From: Macrostomum lignano
Lineage: Eukaryota
Assembly: GCA_002269645.1 (NCBI GenBank)
Contig: NIVC01000872.1
Coordinates: 62,001-126,000 of the forward strand
Length of the DNA: 64,000 bases
Direction of reading: 5' to 3'
The translations under genes and the position numbers were made by a program. The stretch's first letter is position 1. Every line of letters begins with the position of its first letter. This document shows, in pieces, positions 39,801-52,400 of the stretch. Under the pieces are notes generated by a model, which saw only the letters and a list, made by a program, of their open reading frames with translations, made no database searches and was not told where the DNA came from.

Positions 39801-42015
39801 CATGTCATGCTCGATGGACACATAAAAAGTTATTTTGAAACTGGTCTATCTGTTGTGAACGGTAGCAATTTGAGTTGCGCTGAAAAGTACATGATGAAGA
39901 GTTGCTTCTCAGTATAACACTTAGCATTTCTAAAATACAATCGCTTGATCAACTTGCAGATCAACTTCGGAAAAAATACTCGTAAATGCGGAAGTTCAAA
40001 AGGTGCAGAATTGGCGATTTAGTGCTTAAAAATCCAGAAAGTTTCTATCTCGCTATTTAATTTTGCGACCACTAACTAACCCGCGCTTACCAGTGAAATT
40101 TTCACGATTTTCGAGGGTTAGCATCCTTTACTTGTCCATAACCAATTATTATACCCAACTCAACAACGAATTTTACTCACATCGGGCAGCAAAATCAGCA
40201 GGGCAGTGGCGATCAGCGAGCCAACAGCCAACGCCGTCATAAAAGTCAGCAGCAGTCGGTAGAAACTTCGTTTCATCACCGGCATAAAAGCGACGCCCAG
40301 CAGGGAGCACAGGTTAATGGCGGTGACGCAGAGCAGTCCGTAGCCCCACACTGTCAGGAGGTTCGGTTTGGAGTTAGAAAGGTGTGAAAGTATCTGTGAA
40401 AGCTAAAGCGCACAACGTATTTATGGTCTAATTAAAGCCTGGAGTTGACTTTCAAGAACTTCATGTTGCTTTGACTCGTAAGGCGGTTACGTCAATACTT
40501 TCTATACTCTTTCGAACAGAGAAAACGATACTTAATTACAAAGTTAAATTATTTTCTGTCACATATGTTACTCCATTTTTCCACAGATTTGTTAATATAA
40601 CTTCATTATTAAATTACTATTTTAATAGAAGCTACATTTCGTGAGCCTTCGAGAACAACAAATTAACAGTGGAGCTTTACGTTTATCCATTTTTTGCAAA
40701 GATTTAACACAAATTTCATGGTATAAATATCAGTAGAAGTACGAGCTAATATCAATATGGACTTTTAAATCTATCCATCTTTCAAAGCAGCAGAGGAAAC
40801 AGTTCTCGATCACAAAAGTTAAGTCGCATCGGGTTTGGTTAGCACCTTTTGAATCCTGTAATGGGAATCCCTTTTGCTGCTAACAAAATTTTAATAACGA
40901 AAAGCAAAGGACACAAATTGCTATGCTCAACTGTTATTGTAGTTAATATGATTATGCTAATCCTGAAAGATGTTCCACCGGAGGCTTTCCATCAAATGGG
41001 TTTTAGCCACCATGATCAAGTAATTTCAAAAAAGAAAATCGAAAAAGCAAAATAAACGCACCTTGAACGGAGGTATTGCCTCCAGTGCTTTCCACTGCGG
41101 CATCAGTGTCTCGTAAGGTTGAACCAGTTAGCGAGGCCGCCAGACCGCCCTCCCTCGCATAACAGGCCGGGGTTTGCACCGTCTCCCAGATGGCCTTCAT
41201 CAGATCCGCCTGTCTTCGACCGCCATCGTACCAGACTTCCGAGCTAAAGTTGTGACTTGGACACTGTAATAATATTGCGGTGAGGACACGATGTACTATT
41301 GAAATTTAGTGTAGTTATTGTAGCCCATGCATCCGGTATGTACTTAAGTAATAGTAATCCTTACCCTGCCTTGACTTTTGAGCTGATGCGCAAAGTTGCT
41401 GTCCATTCTGAGACTTGAGAGAAAATCTGCAACAACGCTGCTGTTCAGGGTGCCGTTATAGCCGAAAATTTCTGCAAACTGCTGTGAATCTTCATACTCC
41501 ATATTTAAATTCTGGTTTTTGTGTTTCTTTATTGACTAACAAAAGTTCAATGTATGTTGCTTTTAAATAGTTTGCAATTAAAAATGCAATACAGCAGCAA
41601 CTGAACAATTCGCAACGGTGCAATTTGAATTCGCGCGGACAAGCCGATTCTAACAAAGAGTTCGTTATTACTACACTTAGCTTGGCTCGTGTAGATTAAA
41701 ATTCAATATTTCGTATCTTTATACAGCTATTTGTAATTTTGATACTTGGCGAACATTGTACATTTGTAAAAATGTGCTGCAATTTTTGTGAAGGCAATGT
41801 CTTACGCAAAAATTATATAAATCCTATTATCTAAAACTGCAGATTGCATATTAAAACAGTACTTTAACTTCACTTTAACTTTTTAGCTCCAAGCAACATT
41901 CAATCTGCCACTATCCCGATCTTCACAGGGTCGGCTCACTTACCTTCGACCAAACCCGGATCTCTTCGATGTTTATCTTAGGGACATGGGACGAGTGATT
42001 TCTTCTTCCCCAAAG
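33863..42015 (-). CDS. SLC39A14: ZIP (SLC39) metal transporter, LIV-1 subfamily, ZIP8/ZIP14-like; one apparent 1-nt deletion; 5' end unresolved
   Basis: Exons (descending): 41944-42015 (tentative), 41365-41511 (acceptor uncertain), 41062-41263, 40181-40350, 36903-37109, 35208-35746, 33863-34012. Peptides: VWGYGLLCVTAINLCSLLG, LAVGSLIATALLILLPD, FGGIYLFYVLERLLK, VAWMILLGDSLHNFIDGISLGAAF, LCEELPHELGDFAILL, WIFAAGGGMFLYISLVDMMPEV, FLLQNIGLLLG. Exon 35208-35746 is 539 nt and needs one extra G at ~35281 to stay in frame. Orthology to ZIP14 versus ZIP8 is not resolved. Confidence 0.88.
34090..35145. repeat. 16-17-bp minisatellite (AAGGAACTAGATTCTCA-type) filling the last ZIP intron
   Basis: Direct reading. 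Starts as AAGGATTGGATTCTCA copies and grades into GGACTAGATTCTCA variants. Confidence 0.95.
37260..37890. repeat. 16-bp minisatellite (GGGACTAGATTCTCAT)n, same family as 34090-35145
   Basis: Direct reading. Confidence 0.93.
39085..39762 (-). mobile_element. Internally deleted, degenerate mariner (Tc1/mariner) element in a ZIP intron
   Basis: Minus-strand translation gives CHDELIKI*GDATPGQSTVYRWYSMFVDG..PR (mariner HTH), VEEDPK, and the C-terminal FSDHNEVREAALQW..VQQLVDHWEAL. The DDD core is missing. TA flanks both putative ends (39083-84, 39763-64). The left end CTTCGGCTGTCCGGAAAGT is mariner-TIR-like, but the two ends match each other only loosely. Confidence 0.75.
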
Positions 42016-42479
42016 CTAGTGAAGAGGACCACGCTACTACCGACGGGCCCCCTGAACGACATCACTATACTGAAGTCATTGGTCGCCTCCCTCCACTACT
42101 TCGCGCGCCAGAAGTTCATGCAGCTGCATGAATATGAGACTAGCTAACACACTGTGCATGTATTTATATCGTCCTCAGTGGAAAAATATTAATATACATC
42201 CGCAACGCCCACAAGCCACAATAACAGAGAAATAGCCACGTCAGGGTGCAGCCCAGACCTACAAAATCTGCATGTTACTATATACTACCTGCGTACAGAC
42301 GGCGACTTCGCAAACAATTTGAAAACGAAACAGTCTTCGAATTTTAAATGACCTAGCGCTCATATGCCTAACGACCCCATGTTAAGATTAGCTGTGCGTT
42401 GTTCACAGCATTCGGTTCATTTGTTAAACATTGCTTTGTAAAAGCCTGCGCTTGAATATTTTCGTCAGTAACGCTGAGC

Positions 42480-42910
42480 CGCCGCCCCCCTCATCTCATC
42501 TCTTATCTCCTCTTTCAGCTCTTCTCTTTCTTCCTCTCATTTCCTTTCTAGTAATAGAGAAGTAAGAACGCACCGGGGTACAGGGTGTCTCTGTCTATAT
42601 TGTCCCAAGTGGAAAGATTTTGCAAGTTTTCCATGTCCCAAAATCATACAATTGCTGGAACTTCAGGGACGACCTTCGTATCTGTACACTTAATGACAAA
42701 GCCTCTTATATCTAATACAGAAGTCGGCAAACTTTTTACCTCATGGGCCAGAGAAGGGGAGAGAGGATAGGGAATAGAGAAGAGAGAAGAGAGAGAGAGG
42801 AGAAGGTATAGGAGAGAGAGGAGAGAATAGATATGAGAGAAGAGAGAAGAGAGGAGAGGGAGAGGAAAGATTAGAGAAAAATAAGAGAGAGATTAAAGAG
42901 AGGAGAGTTT
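42480..42910. repeat. CT-rich and AG-rich low-complexity tracts between the ZIP and 5-HT7 genes
   Basis: Direct reading (42490-42550 CT-rich; 42755-42910 AG-rich). Confidence 0.8.
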
Positions 42911-45421
42911 CAAAGGACTCGAGGCCGGATAGAGAGGCTTTGCGGGCCGGATTCTGCCAACCCGGCTCTAATGTAACACATATACGCTGAAACTAAACAT
43001 GAATTTGAACATGATAGTAAACATGGAAGTGTAGGAATCGCTTTTTGCTACTATTAAGTAGTAAAATCGGCGTGAAACTCGATCACTGAAGACTGGGAAA
43101 TTAAACGACAATAAAGAAAGATAATTTTTTCACGGAAATTTCAACATAGCCTGTATTAAAAGAATCGGATGCAAACATTACGCACCGGGAAGTACCGAGT
43201 CGATAAACTCGCTGAAAAAATAGTTTTTTTAATAAAAAATTTTTAAAAAAATAATGCATACATACATGTACATACATTTAGATATATACATGTACATTCA
43301 GATATATACAGAATGCAGTTAGCCTCCATAGAAACGGGGTCAGGAAACTAATGTTGTACGTGTACGCTTAGAAGTTGGGTGGATGGTATGCATGGTTGTC
43401 TAACATTTCGCAGAACTTCAAAGAACGAGAGGTCAGTTAAGTACACAATAATTAATTATAATTCTGCTTGCATTAGCAGAAATTTGGAAAGCTGCAGAAT
43501 AATAGAATGTTAACATTTATCATGACCTCTATAACAACGGAATTTGTTATATAGTAGCATTACGAGTGTTGGGTTCTTTCAGTCTTGAAGGGAATTTATA
43601 GAAAATTTATTGCTTTTACCCAAATAAAAATGTTATGTATAGGGTACGCGCATTAGGATTTTTTATAGTACCTTAGCGCTGCATGCCTCCCATGCAATTA
43701 TACCGCTAACTTAAGCTAACATACCAATCTGTGTTACTATTGGATAGAGTTACATGTATTCTGTATTGCATGGTAATTTAAATCAGCGAATACATTTAAA
43801 CACAATTTTATTTATAGCTTAGCAAATCACCGCTGATAATCTGAAGGTGATAAGAAAATTCTAAACAAGGAACCTGTTAGGTGTTCGAGACGGTTATTTT
43901 GCCAACAACTGATTAAAAAGCTGTGCTTTGGCGCGGCGCTCGTTCTTCTTCAACTATGTATGGGTTACCATACCATGGTATTACCGCCAAGTAGTTCCCT
44001 CAACGTGCCTCTGTTGAATAAATTTTACTAATAGATAAATATTATTCAATTGAAGTATGATGATCAAGTCCAAAATAAAAAATCCATAACAATTTGCGTC
44101 ACACAGAACGACTGGTGCAGAGACAGGCAATTTAAATTTTTTAAACAAAAGCGAAGATAATTTTCACGACACGAATATTGCTGCAAAAATTGGCTATTGA
44201 AAAACGTCACGTCATCAAAGATTAAATAAATAACTCGAAATATTTTTGCTTTTACTACATCTCGGATCAAAACAAGCTTTTAGCACGCATTCACTCTAAT
44301 AAAGTTCGGGGTTTTATCCGCGTGATTCCAGGGAAGAGGCGTTCATTTGGTAGACAACCCCAAGGGGGGGAAATAAAGTCCACTGACCAGACTAAATCCA
44401 TCACAGCCTTGAGCCAATATTTCATAATTGCATTATAAATTGTTTTGATGATATATTATTGCTATTGCTACAGTAAAGACAGAATGAGACTAGAATTAGT
44501 ACATTAGATAGATGGAGAGAAGAGATTACTTTGGCTAGATGAATAAGGACGAACTTTAAGGCTTGAATTCCAACTGAGAGCAAGGGAAGGGAGAGTGATG
44601 CGGAGCGATGGGAGGGGAAACCGTTCAATTCTGTCGGGTCGGCCGTGCTCCTATGACGGGTCTGAAATCTTTTCACACCGCGGGGGGACTGGCCTTGGCC
44701 CTTGCTAGATGGAGGGGTAAATGGGCCTGCGCCCTGGACTGGAATGGCCGCGGGTTGGGGCTGACGTCCACCCCTGCCGCCTTCCGTGCACCCACGCAAC
44801 ACTCTTACACTCTCCAAATTGAACCTCCCCTCACCCCGCCCCGGGGGCCTATGGGCAGGAACGGATAAGGGAACAACTACCGACTGGAAGGAGGCGGTCT
44901 TCCAACCCCAACCCCTCCCTTCCGCCAGCGCCAACCCCGACCCACCCACACCCTGTCGTTTCAGTGTATGCAAGTATGCAAGCGGTGACCCAACCCCTCA
45001 CTGGCCGGAGCGTGTCTGGCGTGTTGTGTTGTTCATCTCGTCGACCCTACCCACCTCCAACCCGCCTCACCCTCCTCAGTCCGCCCTGATTAGCGAAAAG
45101 AAGAGAGTAAAAGAGATAGAGAAAAAAGAGAAGAAAGAAACGCAAAAATAGGAGACAGGAGATAGAGTAGAGGAAAGGTTATTCACTCGGTTGACCCCAT
45201 AGGTCTCATAATAAAAGCTGTTCCAAAGCTAAAACGAGGCGTACTGCACATGCTCTGGGTGGAGCGCGAAGCAGAAAGAAATAGTTATATAAATACATAC
45301 ATCAGCCTCTGGTCTGCTTCATCCTACTCTAAGCTTGGCATCTATTCATCAATAAAACATCGGCTTCGCTCGGAGGAGACTCAGCTCGAGCGCTTCAATC
45401 TAAGATTTTGGATTAGCAACC

Positions 45422-48400
45422 ATGTCGGCGCCGCTAGATTGGGAAAAGCTGCCGCCGAATGTGCCCTGCAATTGCACTAGCTTTGAGATAACGCTATTCA
45501 AGCAAGAGGCAATCAGTTTGGGTAATATGAGTCAGCAATGCATCGATTTGTTGCCCTCCTGTAATTACAATCTTGGCAGCAAAGTTCTGCTTGGCTTCAT
45601 CCTGTCAATAATTGCTTGCGGCACCTTCTTCGTAACGTGCTGGTAGTGATGGCCGTTGCGCTGGTCAAAAAGCTGCAGAATCCATCTAATCTGCTGATTG
45701 TTAGCTTGGCATGCAGTGATCTGCTAGTCGGTCTATTAGTACTACCGTTTGCCATCATCTACCAGCTGATGAACTACTTTCCTTTCCCAGAGGAGATTTG
45801 CAATTTTTGGACTTCATGCGACGTGCTATTGTGCACTAGCAGCATACTGAACCTGTGCGCTATATCCATCGACCGTTACCTAGTCATAACCAAGCCGTTT
45901 GAGTACGCCGTCAAACGAACTCCAGTTCGAATGGGATTAATGATCGCGGCAGTTTGGCTGCTGAGCGCCTGCATCAGCATACCGCCTCTATTCTCCAGTT
46001 GGAAAAACAAATTCAGCGAGGGTCATTGCGGCTATCCAACGAACACGGAGTATCAAGTCTACGCCGTGTTTGTCGCTTTCTACCTGCCCCTGATCATCAT
46101 GCTAGTTCTCTACGGTAATATATTTAAGCTTGCCAGAAAAATGGCCAAAGCCGACGAGAAGCAGAAAGTGGTACACCTACGCCAGGAGGACAAGAATTTA
46201 ATTGACGAACAGTTGGCGCCTAACAACAATGGCGGCGTTGGCGGCGCGCGACCTTCGGTGCAGAGTGGCGGCACCAGTCGGAGCGGTGGCGCAAATTCCG
46301 CAGTCGCTGCCAAAAAGAAAAGCAGCAGCGACACCAAGGCGATCAAAACTCTCGGAGTGATTATGGGCTGTTTTACGCTCTGCTGGTTGCCGTTCTTCAT
46401 CATGCAGGTGAGGCTGGGGTCGGGCTATACTGTCAAGTTGTCTGTCAGTCTGATTGTGAGATTGGAAAGATGAATTTCAATAATAAATAAACTTTACTGT
46501 TTGAACCTAAATTGCACCGGTTTGACCTCATAAATCAATCATTTTGAAGCATACAAATCAACGTCAACTTTAATAGCTACGTTGGTGTCAACAGAAATCT
46601 TGCCTCAACAATTGTGTTGGCATTTATGCAAGACTAAAAACACACTAACAGGTTGCTAAATGTACAGTTAACTTTTGCACTGCCTTCCCCCCTTTATGTG
46701 CTTCTTTCCACTAATTTCTCTCTCATGCCAAGCCCCGCTCTGTCTCCATCCACATCACGTCTATGCCCCCTCTAGGCTTGAACGAGAGAGAGAGAGAGTT
46801 TACCCAAACAAGCCACACTGCACGACCCTCCCACCCAATCCATCTATCTGCACATATAGGCAATGTATTGTATATAATATGTATATATATATGTATATAT
46901 ACATACATATTGGCTGTTCAGGCTAAATTTAGCTCCAAGAGTCAAAACGCAACGCTTGTAACTGCTGGGTGGCCTGGCAACTATTGGGTGTGTTTGGACA
47001 AAATTACAGAAAATACTCGTTTGTGTCCAACAATCATTGTCTGGCATATATGGATGCTGTGCATACAGTCACTCGAACTGGTTGACAGCGAGTTCAGCAT
47101 TGCAAGCTGCAAATATTTCATAAAACTATCGAATGTACAGCTCTACACAGACTGGGAACTGTACCAATAGTACCCAATTTGTCAGACTTTGTGATGCCTG
47201 ACAATAAACTTGATGTTTCAGACATCCCTCTGACACCAATAGCGACTTACGTGTAAGCACATCACTCGCTGAGATGCTAAGGTGCCAATTTTAAATGAAC
47301 TCAAGTGGTTAGGAAGCTTTATTCGCACTGTAATTTTTACGTAAATCAGCAGCATTCATTCCTCCATTTCAGCTGGTGGGAGCTCTGTACAAACCCATCC
47401 ACGCCGCGGTGAACAAGCTCGACGTACCGGAACCGATGTACATCAACGAGCACATGTTTGCCATATTCTTGTGGCTTGGTAAGCGTGTACACAATTTGTA
47501 GGGGTGTGTTCGGGGTTTATGGTCGGGTCGGGTTTTGGGTTGGGTTTTGGTACCGGGTTCGGGGTTCGCGGTAGGGGGTGTTCGGGTCGGGTTTCGGGTT
47601 CGTTCATTCATTCATCCCTTCATTCGTCACTCGATCCTGGCAAAAAGATCATTTTTGAAGGATCGAAAAAGGGTCGGGTTTCGGTCCGGGTCGCGTTTTG
47701 GGTTCGGGGTACAGGGTCCAGGTCGGGTCGGGGTTCGGGGATCAGTGTTTCGGGTTTGGGGTGAACCCGGAACCCCCGAACCCGGAAAAATGGAAACCCG
47801 AGCACCCCCAACACAATGTAATGCCTAACAGTCAAACTATATATGCGGCAGCCAAATTCAGAAGTGGCCATCATCACAAAGCATTCAATTATTCGATTTC
47901 ATAAAGCACCTTTTACAACCGTTGACGCAGCAGCTATAGGCAATCTTCTTTGACGATAAATTTCTAATTTCATTTCCAAACCAATTTCGACAGCATCTCA
48001 TCCGGGAGGAAAGCTGTAGCTTAACAAAAGCCCAGACTTGATGTCAGCATACATGCTAAAGAAAGAGGAAGAAGATAGGAAGACAACAAGATTCCAGTCG
48101 AATTTGCCAAGCCAGTTGAGCACACTGACAGATATAGTTTGCTTAAGAAAAATTTCCTTTAGACGGATGAATTGCAACTGGATTTACATGCAGCAATGAA
48201 GATCTGCGTGTACTGCAGCTTGGAAACTGTTTGCTTGGTCGACAATAAGCGAAAGAGTTTCAATCGTGTGTTTGGTTTCCTGGGCTCTGGTGGGCTGGCA
48301 GGCTGAGAATACAAAAAAGCGAACTGATTCAATGCATCCAGCTTGACTGTGGGAGCCCTCTCTGCATCACGTTTCCGCTTTTGTTGGCTGCTCTACAAGA

Positions 48401-49412
48401 CAAGTACGACGTGTTGATCGGTCGATTCGGTCCACTGTTTTATAGTAGCACATTACTTGTAATATTAGTAATAAAGCATGTAGGCTGAACTATCAAGTTC
48501 AAACAGGGCATTTAGACACGAACTGTCAGTTTTACAGCCTACAACAGACTGAAATCTAGTTATAATACAAGCATTAATACAAACAGGCCCTTGTGCTCCA
48601 CGCATGCATGAGAAGTGTTAGTTGCCATAATGAAGATTAAAATTGTTTGCACCGAGAAGAGCAACTCTGGCGAGTTTTCTACAGGGTGGCTAAAGCAAAT
48701 AAGAAAGAAGGCGTGAATTGTAAACTTTGTTGACAGATTTTGTGACGCTGGGAGGTGAAAGCTGCTTTGTAAAAATAAGGGTTCCAAAAGAGGGGAGAGT
48801 AGAAAAGAGAGAGAGAGAGAGGGATAGACGGGGAGGGAAAGGGAGAGACTGAGAGGGAGAGGGAGAGACTGAGATAGAGAGGGTAGGAGGGAGAGGGAGA
48901 GACTGAGATAGAGAGGGTAGGAGGGAGACGGGGGGGACTGAGATAGAGAGGGTAGGAGGGAGAGGGAGAGACTGAGATAGAGAGGGTAGGAGGGAGAGGG
49001 AGAGACTGAGAGATAGAGGGTAGGAGGGAGAGGGAGAGACTGAGATAGAGAGGGTAGGAGGGAGAGGAAGAGACTGAGATAGAGAGGGTAGGAGGGAGAG
49101 GAAGAGACTGAGATGGAGAGGGTGGGAGGGAGAGGAAGAGACTGAGATGGAGAGGGTGGGAGGGAGAGGAAGAGACTGAGATGGAGAGGGTAGGAGGGAG
49201 AGGAAGAGACTCAGTGAGAGAGTGAGAGGGAGAGAATGAGAGGGAGAGGGAGAGACTGAGATGGAGAGGGTGGGAGGGAGAGGAAGAGACTGAGATGGAG
49301 AGGGTAGGAGGGAGAGGAAGAGACTCAGTGAGAGAGTGAGAGGGAGAGAATGAGAGGGAGAGTGAGAGACTGAGACGGGGAGGGAAAGACTGAGGGAGAG
49401 AGAGACTGAGAA

Positions 49413-49454
<42 letters not shown>

Positions 49455-52400
49455 GTAGAGAAAGAGACAGGGTAAGATGAGCTCAGGGCATGCAAAAAAT
49501 GAAAGGTCACACGGGCTTCAAGATATGAAGGTTAATGAGAGAGAATGTCAAATTCCTGGATAAAGCTGATTAATAGGTAAAAGTTAAGAGTTACAATTAA
49601 CTAATGAACTCCAATGGAAATATTTCAAAATTTGAGTGCAATCGTAAAAAATTATTGATTTTTTGAGAACAGAAAATTCCGTTTTAGGTAGGCCACTAAT
49701 GAATGCGATCTGTCTTACTGCGTGAGGGGATAGAGTGCAAATCAATACAGAGTGATTCAGACAGCCCGGCAGACACACTAATAATAGCTAGGAAGTCTGT
49801 GCATGGAGAAAATGACGTCCATAAATAATGATGAGCATCTTTATTGATTTTTCCCCACAGGCATGCATCAAACAGTGATGGTCGAACTAGTGAAAAAATA
49901 GTATATAAGGACTTCCTCTTGCTATGCGCATACCCGTAGTATATGCATATATTGAAGTGGCTCTTACTGCCACTCACTATATACCCTCAGCTAATACAAA
50001 AGTGGATTCTTTAGCCACCCCAACGTTTTCCCTTCTCTCGTTTCCCGACGCAATAATCTTCCAGTCCAGCCACCCAAATTTCTCCCATCTAATCTTAACA
50101 GTATATACAATAATACAGTTAAACAGTCGCGGATGGTTGAACCGGTTTTCCTAGAAAATGCTGGCTCAAGAAAAGTCTGTTGTATGGAAAAAATATAAAT
50201 ACAGAACAAAACTTACATTCGATTATTATTATTATAAAGGGGGCCGTAGCCCAGCGGTAGCGCAGCTGCTCTGGTGTGCCAGTGACCCAGGCTCGATTCC
50301 AAGTGCAGTCACATTAATTTGGGGCTGAATTGGAATTTCGGCTTGGCTCTGCTCGTGAAATTAACGGCCTTGAGAGCCAACCCCCCAAGGCGCAGTGAAG
50401 TGTACATGCCTAACGATAAAATAAAGTTAGGGCCGCTGTACACTCCTGTGTGAGTGTGTGCCTGCGTACGTATCCGCGCGCTTGTATGCCTGCTCAGGGG
50501 AGTCGGCGGAATGGGCAGTAATGCCTCTCGCCGGTTGTGTGCCAATGTCGCTTGAAGTGCGCCAGGGTGCACACAACCCCCCTGCCTCTAATAAAAAAAA
50601 TACATTAGATTATTTAGTTTATTTACTTTTTATATAAATATTACTTTAGCCTACTGCAAAATGGTTTTCAACAAGAATAAACTCTTTATCGACTCCATGG
50701 AAACCGGTTAAATATAAGCCATATTTCAAAGATCGAATAAAGCTGTTAGAACTTTACGTTTAAAAAGTCAGTTAAAACAAATTCACTGCTTTCTATCTCT
50801 GTCTCACTTTGTCTGAAGTAATCTAAAAAATGTCAAAGCAAAGTTACTCAGCTTTTTAATTTGGCTTTGCTTGTTCAGATAATCCTCATTTCTACAGCTA
50901 AATAACACGTTAAAACGTTTTGGGAGACTTCATGGTAGCTTAAAATTGAATGATCCGGCTAACTTAAAAAAAAATTTTCATTAGTAGTTCAGGAAATTCA
51001 ATGACTTAAAGATAGCGTTCTTCAACAGACTTTTTTCTACTTTGTGGTCATTATTCCCGTACACCCGTACTTGCCAGTGAATTTCTCTGTAACAATATTG
51101 TCCTAAAATAACTATTTATTGCGAGAAAATATTTAATAATGCAAATTAATTACCTAATTACCCATATTACCCACCTCGATTACGTATCAAATCGCACTAC
51201 AGAGCTGTGACGTAATACTTTGTTTGAATAGACACTCAAACAAGTGCCTTTACGCATAAGATGAATAGAAAAATTCTATCATTTCATAAATACAGTGCAA
51301 AGATAAATTATTAGTTTATTTATTTTAAGTTTGACCCAATGTTTAACAAAAAAAGAGCGTTAAGCGATAAGTTAATAACAACCCCAATTAGCGACGTCGT
51401 TACCACAAGTTGAAGTGCTTCATGGGTTCCCTGAATCGCGTCCTGGTGCTCGTGAAACTCAGCAAACATATCCAGTTTCACGAAGTCACAACCTTACTAA
51501 GGCATCGATTATAGAAGTCGAAATTAATGGAATTCTTGTCGCGGTAGCACCTGTGTGGTGCCTCGAGCTAGAGAAATCCATTTTGTACAATTCTTCATTG
51601 CACTTGTGCGCTCCCGTCAGCAGGATGTTAAAAAAGAATTTCTCTCCCGGCGTACCACACTGACTGTCTCTCGCACTGCACGCAACGTCCATCATCCCCT
51701 AACCTTAGAGTTGTCAACACGTGTTGACAGTTTGAATCCATCCACGCAATCTAACCTTCTTCTGGGGCAGCAGCTGCGACGCATCTGCGTCTGCACTGGA
51801 TGCGTGCCCCGACTAAGGCGGCCTTGAACCAGAATCTGGAGTAACAAATCCCCCCCCCGAGGCACTCATTTTCAATGCACCATGAGGCTGGCAGCAGTCT
51901 GTTCGGTTTGCAACTCAACAGATTGGGGCCGGGTTTCTGCGTCATGCCTTTTTAATGTTGCCGTAGCTTTTGTTTGATGGCATTTTATTAGTTTTCAGCA
52001 GCTCACTTTTGATCATTGGATTTCAATAATAATAGTCTATCCGTCTACCTCCTCCATATACGTCTCTCCCATCACTCTCCGTCTCTCCCCTCTCCCCCTC
52101 CGCTTCTCCCTTTTCCCTTCCGTTTCTCTCTTCTCCCCCCTCCGTCTCTCCCCTCTCCCCCTCCGTCTCTCCCCTCTCCCCCTCCGCTTCTCCCCTTTCC
52201 CTTCCGTTTCTCTCTCCTCTCCCCCTCTGCCTCTCCCCTCTGCCTCTCTGCTCTCCCCCTCTGCCTCTCTACTCTCCCCCTCTGCCTCTCCCCTCTCCCC
52301 TCTGCCTCTCTACTCTCCCCTCTGCCTCTCTCCTCTCCCCTCTGCCCCTCTCCTCTCCCCCTCTGCCTCTCCCCTCTCTGTCTCTCCCCTCTCCCCCTCC

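Noticed and set aside
41944-42123. Longer 180-nt first ZIP exon using the acceptor at 42124
   Set aside because: Four stops in the required frame and stops in the others, so the ZIP start codon and signal peptide were left unassigned.
51712-51729. Perfect 18-bp palindrome TGTCAACACGTGTTGACA
   Set aside because: Isolated, with no second copy or associated structure.
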